Assembly (NCBI GenBank): GCA_900128565.1
Contig: LT635932.1
Location: 1-43,188 of the forward strand
DNA from: Stramenopiles sp. TOSAG23-6
Lineage: Eukaryota
Direction of reading: 5' to 3'
Length of the DNA: 43,188 nt
Numbering within the stretch: position 1 is the stretch's first letter; each line of letters begins with the position of its first letter. The position numbers were made by a program, and so were the translations under genes. The notes below the pieces were generated by a model that was given only the letters and a program-made list of their open reading frames with translations, did no database searches and was not told the origin of the DNA. Shown here one piece after another: positions 1-12,000 of the stretch.

Positions 1-45
1 ATGGAATTAAAAGATGAAATGTCAGAGGCCGATTGTGTTGGGAGA
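1..45 (+). repeat. 45-bp exact copy of 19680-19724 (probable chimeric contig end)
   Basis: atggaattaaaagatgaaatgtcagaggccgattgtgttgggaga is identical at both places. It is in frame with the giant ORF only at 19680. Confidence 0.9.
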
Positions 46-3000
46 GACGAATAACCAAGCATATACTAAATGTGAACCTTGTCCAAATGGAAAATATAAC
101 AAGGATGAAGGAACTGCTTGTCTATTGTGTGCTCCTGGCAAGACTACCACTTCTTCCAAAGTTAAATGTGACCCATGCACGGCTGGTAAATTTTCTGACG
201 ATAATAGAATTTGTCAAAATTGCCCTGGAGGTGAGTACGTTTTCATAATTCATTTCAAATTATTTTTTTTTTCATCCCAAATTATATATCTAATGAAATT
301 CAAACTATCCACATATTTCCCCAAAATACATATACACTAACGACAGCGGGAAATCAGATTGCATTGAATGTGGGGTATCAAAATGGAAAGCAGTAAATGG
401 AAACACAAAATGCGAGTATTGTCTAGCAGGCAAAGGTACGATTGTTGGTAGTGTATCTGATTCCTCAGACGACTGCATCCCATGTCAAAGTGGTCAGTAT
501 AGAGATAAAGAAGATGATACTGAATGTAAAAAATGCGATCATGGGAAGTACACAGGCACAGCCGGACAATCAACATGTACAGACTGTCCTAGTGGGAAAA
601 AAGTAAAGGACACACAAAACCCTGTAGTATGTTTAAAATGTAAAGACGGGAGATATCAAGATGAACCTGGACAAACAACATGCAAAGAATGTGATCCAGG
701 AACTTATGCCAATGATGTTGAACCCAGTAAAATATGTACACCATGTGAAAAAGGAAAAACACAACCTGGTTTTGGATCAGCGTCTTGCACGAGTTGTGTA
801 GGAGGGAAATATATGGATGATTCTGGAAGTCCGGCGTCAGTGTGCAAAGCTTGTGAAACAGGTAAATACCAAAGTGGTGAAGAACAAAGTGAATGTATCG
901 CATGTGCATTAGGAAAATATGGTGAAAAAAGTGCTGAAAAAATTTCTGCTACGGATTGTATTGTTTGTCCCCTTGGGAAATATGCTCTTGTAGAGGCGAA
1001 GTGTGAAGTATGTGAACGTAATAAATATTCAGACAGTGTTGGGGCAACATCATGCACATTATGTACACGGTGCGCTCCAGGAACATATAATGACTCCTGT
1101 CGTGAAAGACCAGGTGGTAATACAACTAGTGGCTCTTGTATAACTTGTGAAACGGGTACGTTCTCATACGAATACACATATAGTAAAGAATGTAATGACT
1201 GTGATGCTAGTTTTGGGGAGGATGTGGGAATGTTGACACAATCGAAAGATATTGCAGACAAATATGGACACATGTGTGTACTTTGTCCCGAGAAAACGTA
1301 TTTCAGTGGAATTTGCAATACTGGAGTTGATCTCATTGAAAATCATTCATTTGAACTTTGGGAAAAAGAAAAAAAATGTCTAGATTTTCCTGTAGAAAAG
1401 ACACCAAAGGAAGAATACAATATCACTACTGGATTTTTAATTTTTAATAGTAATACAAGTAGTACAACGGAAGAAGATAATTGCAAGAACAAATGTATAG
1501 AATATGCATACATGTCATTTAAAGATGACAGTCAGACAATCGAGTGTCACTGTTCCAATAAAGAATGTGTAATAAACGATAAAGATGAAATTGAACTTTA
1601 CCAGGATGAGAACACGAATACCTATCGAAAAGTTACACAACTGGATTGCATTGCTTGTCCGAATGGTAAACACACAGATGAATATGATCCTTCAAACGTT
1701 ATCGGATGTACTGGGACGTGCGACCCTTGTGAAAAAGATCATTATAATAAAGATTGTAATGCTGATGACGCTGGGAAAAAAGGGGGGAAATGTGAAGAGT
1801 GTAAATGCAAAGCAGGTGAACATGTCACCCTGTGTAACGAAGGAGTGAGAGGCACAGAAAATCTTATTTGTGAGGTGTGTGAACGTGGGAAATACTCCGA
1901 ATACAAAGAAGACTCCAGTCGGCACCCACAAAACAGTCGGGAGTGTGAACTTCATGAATGTCCTGCTGGAGAGTATGTTGAAGGAAATATCACTCCTTTT
2001 AGTGGTGGGGAAAAAATATGTACTCCATGCCCTCAGGGGGAAAGTTATAGAAGTGTCGCTTTAAAAGGTCTAGACCTCTACAATGATAATTCAAAAACGG
2101 GAAATGATTATACTTCAGATATGGGCAAAGAGTGTGATCCGTGTGTATGTGGTCTAGGACAGAGTTATGGGGGTTGTACTGAGACATCTGTTACATGTCT
2201 TGATTGTGATGATAATTTTTTTCAAGATCAAATTGACCATAGGCTGCCGTGTGAACAATGTGAATGCCCTGGAGGATATAAACTAAATACAGGATATTGT
2301 ACAACAAAACAGAAACGAGCTAAGTTTCCAATATTTCCAACATGTGTGGATGATAATTGCGATGCAAAAAAAAAATGCTGTCCTAAGGAACATGATATTA
2401 TTAGTTTTTCCCCTATTTCTAAATATTTTTACGCTTGTGGATACACTATCCAAGATAAAGAATATACAAATAAAACTAGATTTGAATGTCAAAAAGAGTG
2501 TGATGAAGATGAAACTTGTTCTGGTATCTCCTGGAATGCGACTATTGATAGTTGTAAACTGAAAAATGTGTCTGCGGATGAGCTTTCAAAGGAACAATGT
2601 GTACCTGATGAAGGATACTTTTTCCAAAAAGACGATGAATATAAAATGCAGTCTATTAAACCAACCCTATTGTATGCTTGTGAAGAACACACAATAACAA
2701 ATGAAGGTACTCATACAGTTTCAACCAGATTTGATTGTCAACAAATGTGTGATGAAAAGGAGAGTCCTTTGTGTTTTGGTATCTCCTGGAATCCAGATGC
2801 CGCTGTTGGTACTGATAATTGTAAACTGAAAAAAACGCTGTCTCCTGAAAATGACCTTACAACAGAAAAATGTGATCCCGACGAAGGATACTTTCTTCAG
2901 AAGAGCAAAAAATATAGAATACTGAATAGTCAGGAGGAGATACGTTGTGAAGAAACAGAAAACTGTAAAGTAGAACATAATCATATGTGTACTAAATGTG

Positions 3001-6000
3001 AAGCTGGAAAATTTGGTGATGGTACTAGTACAGAATGCACAGAATGTACGTGTCCTGAAGGTACCTATTTAGGATCCACATGTGATGGAGAAGGAACCGC
3101 TGTATTCAACAAAAAAGACCACTGTATCGCATGTCCTGAAGGCAAACAAAAAAGTGAGGAAAATGCTGAGAAAGCGTGTCAGGATTGTGTATGTGCCGAT
3201 TTTGGCTTTAGAAGTTTGGGTTGTAACAATAAAGGAAATGAATCAAATTGTGTCGAGTGTGATGGTGGAACGTATGGTACACTACAAGAGGAAAGTCAGG
3301 GAAACACAATTCTAAAAAAATTAGGCTATGATCACAATTCTCAACTACATGCGTGTATAGGATGCGTAAATTGCCCAGCTGGAAAAGAATCAACATGTAA
3401 AAAGTATGTACCTGAATTTAAGCCAAGTGCTCAGGATAAGTGTCTTGAAATATCATTTAATAAAAAAAACGATTCTAAAACAAGAGCTCAAAAGGAAATT
3501 GCATGCAACACTGATTTTAAATTGTGTGAATGGAAAGAAGATAATACTTGTGAGTATAATTTAGATTGGACGGAATTTGATGACAACTTGGTTTATGGAC
3601 AATGTTCTGTAAATGAAGATGAAGCAAGTTGTCTGACAGCAAGTGTTTGTAAATGGGGCATCTCAGAAGATCAGGCAGAAGTAGACAAGTATTGTCAAAT
3701 AAATGATGTACAAATGATTGCACTTAAAGGAAGCACGGGCATGTCCAAGAATGATGACACATTCGCGACATGTCAACCATGTCCTGCAGGGAAATATCGA
3801 AGTAGTGATCATGTAGAATTATGGTGTGTACCTCTTAAGAAATGTTACAATGGCGAATTAAATGAGAATAGAGGACAGCAGGAAATGATTGATGAAGGTA
3901 AATGTTCTGGGTGTCCATCGGGAAAGTATAACCAAAGTACCCACCTTGGTTTATGTAAACCAATTCCATATCAAGGGATTTGTCGGGACTCCGAGAATGA
4001 GGAAGATTGTAATAAAAACGACATTTGTAAATGGAATGAGAGTGGGTGTCAACTAAAAAAACCAGTACACACAGGCACAATGGCACTTTGTTCGAATACC
4101 CGTGTAACTAAACAACGATGGGACAATGATGACTTAACTGTAGCAACAACTGGTTGTTTTTCTATTAAAGATGAACATGGTGAACGAGCATGTTATTTTG
4201 AAAAATTTCCTGAAAATGAGATACCAAAAGAGATGTTGTGTGTACCTTATGTTCCACAAAAAGAATTCGTTTCAAATGTTAAGATAGCTATGCAGGAAAA
4301 TTCTACATGTGAATCTAATGAAACAAGAATATTTATGGAGAATGTTGTAAATTTTTGCAAGAATATTCCAGAATTTTATACTTGTTCTTCTATTTCCTGT
4401 AATAGTGGCGTCTCTCATTTTAGGGTTACTCTAATAGAAGAAACATCAGGACGAAGACGACTAAACACTGCAGATATTGACGTACAATCCTTGTTAGAGA
4501 AGGCATTTGAAGATAATAATTTTCTAGACCAAGTAGATACGACTCAATTAGTTGCAGAAAGTCCTGTACAACTTCCTTCAGATTATAGCTGCAATATTGG
4601 TTGTGTTAACACAGACTGTGATTTAGATATCAAACTAACAACTGGTCCAAATCAATGTAGGCGTTGCACAGAGTTAGGCTATTATCTGAATAAAGCGGCG
4701 AAAAGATGTTCAGCTTGTCCAATTGGTAGATACTCTGATATTCCTGAATTGGAAAGTAAAGATGACTGTAAGTTATGTGGACCCCACAAATATCAAGACG
4801 AGATGGCGACGTCAAGTTGTAAGTTTTGCCCAGTTGGTAAATATGTGAATTCGCAAGGGTCCTTTGGTGCAGAATTTTGCGAAGATATACATTCTCCATG
4901 TGATAGCAGTCCTTGTCAAAATGGTGGAGTATGTATTGATAATGATGAAGATGTGAACATTGCACTGTTTATCTCTGATATTCCCGATACAAATTGGGGT
5001 CATATATTTAATGGTCAATACTTCAATAATATCTTTGAAAAGGATTGTACAGCCGAAGGCTGCAAAGAAGGTGTATCTGATTGTAATGGAATTACACAGT
5101 ATAGAAAAAAAACATCGTATCAAAATGGTCCATATTTGTATTTGTATTATGAACCTATGCGAGAAAATACAGGATTCTGGCACATATCAATAACAGAATG
5201 TTCAGGGTCACTTACTCGTAGATTTGGTACATTAGAAGAAATCAATACAGACACAACAAAACAATATTATATTCCAAAATTTGACAATGCAGATGCAGAT
5301 AATTCAAAATGGGGTGACTCTAAATGGGGAAACAATGTCACTGAGGCACACCTTGAATCCTATGTGAGCTTAAGTAGGGATAATGTATCTTTCCAAGGAT
5401 GTCTTCGTTCAGTTAACAGATTTGGTGATGCAAACTCTGGAACTTGTGTTACAAGCGGTGAAAGTTCAATACGATTACGTAATGGTGATCCATCTATTTC
5501 GAAAGATGACATTGCAAAGAATTGTCATACACTATGTTACAATAAATCCGCTGCGTATAATGAAAAACCATGGCCTGAAGGTGAAGATAAGGCACTTAGT
5601 TTTGAAGTATTTGACAAAACATCTTTGGATGATGATATCAATGTTCCAGCAACATGGATCATGGAATGTAAGGAAGCAGGTACGATATTTTTACAATTGA
5701 CATGGAGAGAGAAATATATCAAAATAGTGGCAGAATCAATGACAATTACTCAACTGTCTGATAAAATAATTGACGTATTAAATAATGGAAAAAATGAAGC
5801 AGATAACTGGGATGCAAGTAACTATGGTGCTACAAGTACTGATTCTTCAAGCCTTGTATGTTCTTCAACGCCACAATCTATCACAATTACATTGCCTTTC
5901 TCAATGTCATTATACTCGTTGAAACCCGAGCTTACTACGACTCAGACTGTAGGTGGTTCTGACTGGCGTAATGGAGAGTGCACATGCACATTCAAGACAT

Positions 6001-9000
6001 GGGATTCTACGTGTACTGACAATTCGGAAAATGGACAACACATTAAGAACTACACAATACAATCTCCAACGGGCCCAGCCATATCATTTAAAGACCCAGA
6101 AAATGAAAATATTTGGAGTTTCAAATCATCAGGGAGGTGTAGCGGGCAATCAATTTATCTCATTAAACCAAATTCACAATCCTCAACTAGGACACAGTTA
6201 GGAAGTGGAACTTACTCCGCTGATTGTACATGTGGTGATAATGATGATGGAGATCCTTCTCAAAATGAGAACTGCTGTACAGGGGGTGTCACCACACTAA
6301 ACGATTGTAAAGACTTATGCTCTGCGGAAACTGATTGCGAATACTTTTCATATTATAATGGACACTGTTTTCAAGAAAATTTCCAATTAGATAATAATGG
6401 TTCACCAATAGGATTAGAGGAAGGAAATTTTGATGTATATGAAATAGGATACGATCATGTCATTAGCACTACTAATAGTGAATCTTTAGATAGCTGTAAA
6501 ACAGCTTGTATGAGTCACAATGAGTGTAACTATATATCCTTTACCGAGGGAAACCCAACGAAATGTAGTATTTTCAAAGGTCAATGTAAAAATTTTGATA
6601 CTACAATTTCAAGAACATCAACATATCAAATAATTCGAAAAGTTATGCGAAATTTAATTGTAGAGGACCATATGCGTGTTGGTCGTCCAAATATTATATA
6701 TACTAAGTATAATGGTAGCAGTATTGCCAATGCACATAACTGCCGGCAAAAGTGTGTCACACTCGGCGAGGAGGGATATTATTTTAATTGGAATGCAGGA
6801 AATTCAAAATGTTCTTGTTCTCCTGTCGATGCTGCGCTAAAACCTGATGAACATTTCATTTCTGGTCATGCTTACGGAGGAGTTGGTCTACCAAAATGGT
6901 GTGAACCAAAAGATGGCGAATCATATTGTAATGGAAACGATCCACTCTTTACTGAAATCACACAACATGCGATTGATTTTGGTATTGATTGGTTTGCATT
7001 ATCCTGTCACATAAATGACAGTGGTGAAGCTGATTGTTCACATTCAGATTCCACATGGAAATTTGGAGCCTCTATCATCTCCGAAATAGTTTTTTCAAAA
7101 TGCGCAGGAAATAATATTGGGTGCTCAGACTCCTCTGATAAGACATGTGGCAATAAGCAAGATAAACTATGGGCTGTGTATAACATAAATTATCTTTCGC
7201 GAAAGTTTACAGAATACAAAATTAAAGCTAGAAGATATGCAAAGACTGGAGTAAACGCCAATGAAACAAACATTCCAACTTTATTAAAACGTCAATATCT
7301 TGGTAAATATGTAGATTTTGGTTTATCACCACCATGCTACAGTAAAACAGTGAGTTCAACAGTTCCCGCATCAGTTAGTGCTCTAGTATCTAATTTAACT
7401 CCATCAGTCACTGAGGTTTCATTTTCAGTAAGAAATGACGAATATGTAACATTTTATCTTAGTGAGGATGAAGAGATGGGATCAAGTGACATTTCAATTA
7501 CTTTGGGAAAAAAAGTCAGTGGTGATACAATCGATACAATTAAGTATAATGGGACTGAGTATTTATTCAAGCACTCCGAGCAGGATAGTAATGAATATTC
7601 TGATCTTGTTCAAAACAATAAAATGTCTAATTATTGGGTGAGGTGGAGAGACGATAAATTAACAATTGGTTCTCCAGATCGCAAAGGATCATGGGGTGAT
7701 TGGACGACTTGTGCAAATGATGGGGGATCTTGTTCATGTGAGCGTGGTAGAGTTCGATATGGCCTAGAAGGGAATTGGAAAATACTCCCTTCACACACTG
7801 AACTTTCTTGTACATCAAGTACTTTTGGTGGTGAACAGAACAGTAATAATATTTGTGAATGCAGTACTTCACGAAATGAATGGTTTATGGATATTTCAAT
7901 TGATAATGTATCTATAAATTACTTTTTAGTCTCAACTGGGCATTGGTGGCTTAGAAGTCCATGTGAAAGAAACCACGGGAAAGAATTTGGAATGCATTCA
8001 ACAAGAGTAATTGGTCCGTCTTCAAATAGAACCTCTTTTGATGAACGAAAACAAGGGTGCAATGAAATAAATATTGATACTGCTGGTGGAGATTCGCCTC
8101 AAGCATTAATCAGCATACCAGACGATACATTTAATATGGTCCTTGAAATTAAGCCTACATCAACTTCAAGTTCAATCGATATTATACTAAGTTCCGGTGA
8201 GTCGGATTCTTCGTCTTTTCTTTACAAAGTTTCTCTAAATGTTCAGGAAACAGACGGTAATAGCAATGACAGAATAGTGAGCAATGATGGTGATATTTTA
8301 ATCAAATCAGTCGATACTCTTATAAAATCAACAGACAGTTTTGTGAAACTTTGGATTTCCTGGGAAAATGGAATTATACGCGTTGGAAAAAATGCAGTCG
8401 TAGAACATGAAGAGTTTTTACAGGCATTTGTCCCGCGTTCATATCGCAAAGTAAGTCATGTGCAGGGACACTCGGATGTAGATGTGTCCTGGCGTATATG
8501 GGATTCTTGTAACATAATTACAACTTTAGATGATTGTAAGAAAATGTGTGACGAGTGTGATGGTTTCAAACTTAATTGTGAATGTGACTGTATTTTATTT
8601 GGTAGTTTAAATAGACTTGAAATGCAAGGTAGAAAATCCCATTATCCAGGTATTTTATCTAGTTCAAAGTATTTGGGGTGTCTTGAGTTGAATGACGTAA
8701 ATCGAAGTAAAATATCGATTTTGAATTCACCTGCAAATCATTCCATTCATAATTTGATGNATGCTNGNTTTTTGGATGCAAAATATTTTGGAACGAAATG
8801 CACCGTGAGAAGAGGGAGTACATGTGAAACGATTCAGGGATTTGCTTTTGAAAACCCACCTCCTATAGTTGATTGTCCAGGGGAAAAGATTGAGTGTTTC
8901 GAACAGCCTGGTATACGAAAATATTGCGGGATTCGTGGTGCTGGAGATGAATATATGAATTACCTTACTGTTTATGAAACCCCTGGAGTTTGTCGTTTGC

Positions 9001-12000
9001 AAAAACAATGCTATACTCCAAGTGTATTCCTCGATATCACTGAAATACCAGACATGTCATCATTTGGAGGTAGTAAGGTAATTTACAATACGTATATTAA
9101 ACCCCAACATAAATGTAAATGTCCGCTAGGTTTTGGAGGTGAATTTTGTGAAGAGGAAGATTTACAATTTAAGTGTGCTTCTTTGTATAATAATTGCTAT
9201 GGACATGGAACTTGTAGGAGGGGTGTGTGTGACTGTCAAGCGAGTTTTGATACAAATACGCACTGTAGAACATGTTTGGATGGTTATATTATGAATGAAG
9301 ATAATGAATGTAAACCTATTGAAAATGTTACGAAAAATCGCTGCACAAATTTCTTACAAAATTCGGGCTGCTTCAATTTAAATGGAGCTCCGACCGGAGT
9401 AAGTCTATATACTTGCGGAAGTTGCAATGATCCAGAGACTTCAGAAACACAATGTAAACCACGTGATGATCTCTGTCTTGATGCCTATATAAAAGGTATT
9501 GGAAGCTGGGGCTCTGAAAAATGTACAAATAATAATAGCTGTATCTGTGGGGCAAAGGGCGATTGTGACGGAAATGGCGAAGACTGTGATGCAGCAGGTA
9601 TATGCACAACAAAAGTAGACGAGAATACCCATAAAAAAGAAATTGAATGCACATGTGAAGATGGTTTTGAAAAGGTAACATGCGACACCGATGAAAGCAA
9701 TACCAAAACTGGTGTTTGTGCATCTATAGATATGGGACTTACAGATGATAATTATTATTCACGATGTTATGACATAGATGAATGCAAATTAGATGATTCA
9801 AATCCATGTGGTATTGGTGGTGTTTGTACACAGACGGATGATGGAAAAAGACTAACGCGAAATGCATTTCATTGTACGTGTTTGGAAGGCTACAAAAAGC
9901 ACCCCACTTCTGAACCTCAATGTGTTTTAGAAGATCCTTGCAATCAAGGAGATACATGTCCTGAAGAAAGTAATCCGAATTCTTCATGTCTGGAGACTAC
10001 ATATGGTCATATTTGTCCTTGTAATGGAGGTTACGGTAAAGATTTGCCGATAGAAAAATGTATAAAATGTGCAAAAGGTAAATATAGTAACGCGAAAGCG
10101 CATGGCAATTATTTCTTTTTGGATAATCAGCGTCATGTTTTTCATAGCTGTGGTAGGAAGAGTGGGCCATCAGGACCAACTGCAGGAGAATGCAAGATGA
10201 AGTACACCACAGGTACAAAAAATAAGTGGGCAAATGATATACGTTTTTTTAATGTAAAAGAAGGCGTTCAAATATGGACAGTACCAGCCACTGCATATTA
10301 TGATATAACTGCCGTTGGTGCAGATGATCCTTGGTCAGTCTGTGATGAAGGTGAACCTAATTGTAATACAACTGCTGATAAATCAGGATGCCGGGAATGG
10401 TTTTATCCAACAAATAAGCAAACAGTTGAAAGAGGTTGCCGTTCTTCAAGTAGAGTTAAAGGGAAGGGAGGGAAAGTTAGTGGGAAATTTCGGCTATTGA
10501 AAGGGTCCCAAATATTAATGATTGTAGGACAAAAGGGCACAATTGGTACTAGCACTGACTCTACCAATCCCGGTTGTCGCCGTATAGGCCAGGTGTGTAG
10601 TTTTAGTTCTGGGGGCTCCGGGGGTTCATTTGTCGTCCAAAGTCCTGCTATAGTGACCATTACACATCCATTACCTGATGGTCAATTTATTCCTATTGAT
10701 ATTCCAGACACTTTTGATGTAGAAATAAAAGATTTCCCTTATCTCAAGTGCCCAAATAGTGTATTAGGTTGTGAAACAGGAGAATCAGAATGTTTAATAG
10801 TGTTGTCGGTCATAACTTTTTCATCAAATGAAAATGAAGAGAATAAAACAATTAGAGTAACTACATCCGGTGAAGGCTGGAAAGGCACAGTGAAGTTTAC
10901 ATGTACAACTCATCAAGTAAATAATGAAGAAGAGCAATTTACCATTACATCGTCAGTTGGAAATGTATTACTTGTTGCTGGTGGCGCAGGAGGTAGCGAA
11001 GCTAATTTAAAAAATCCAAATGATGGCCGAGAAGGCGGAAATGCTAGATTTAATGTTTTAACAAACCATACACAAGTAGACAATTTAAGTGGTCGCGGCG
11101 GTAGTGAGCGTTGGCTTCCTAGAACCATCACCCATATAAATTTTACAAGTGAGGGTAGTACTGTTGGTGGCAAACATTATACCTCTGGACTTGTTGCATT
11201 TGAGTGCGAAGATCCTTGTACAAATGAACTGAATGCAGCAGATTGTAGTAGCAGTAACAATAATTGTGAATGGGAGTCTACCATACAAATGTGTTTTTCG
11301 AAAGAAGCAAGAGGTTGTGGTTGTGACCCACTGCCGGAGGCATTTGTTGAAATTACCGATTGTGATACTCCAACAACATGTGAAAATCGCTGTACAAGTG
11401 AAGGACATTGCTGTAAAAGGTCTCTTGGTTTTATACCATGTGTTGAGTCGTGTGAATGGAGAGAAGAGAATAATAAAACTGAATTAGAATGTATCAATTA
11501 TTGTAACACTTCATTGAATGGGGAGCGCGAGCCTAATGACGATGTTGCAAGCTGTTCTTGTGAAATCCAAAGTATAGAAGAGTGTCGGAGAGGGTGTAAA
11601 CTAGCTGGATCCTTGGGAACAAATCAGTGTCGTCTTAATGATGTGTGTGATTCTCAGTCAATTGAATCCATTACTGTGACTAAAGGCGGACGTTGCCTCA
11701 AACCTCCAATAGCAATTGCTATTAAACCTACAGGCGTAATTGCAAAGTATGTTTACCGTGAACTAAGGGAGTTAGTAGTCACGGGTAAGATGGTGACTGA
11801 TATTAACTTTAAGTCAGGTGATATTTTATATATATATCGTCACATTGATCGCGAATACAAACCTCTAGGTCGCGTTGAGTCTATCACTAAAACAAATTAT
11901 TTAGATGTACTCACAAGAGACGAAGATGTTACTACATCAGAAACTAGAAATCATGTTTCATCATCAATTATATTTAGTAAAGTTTCTATTGAAACTGCAT

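Noticed and set aside
335-346. CACTAACGACAG as a fused branch point + AG acceptor
   Set aside because: It is in frame but removes YTNDS and breaks the repeat spacing, and the upstream sequence matches the ATACAT-ending family. Disfavoured, but not excluded without cDNA.
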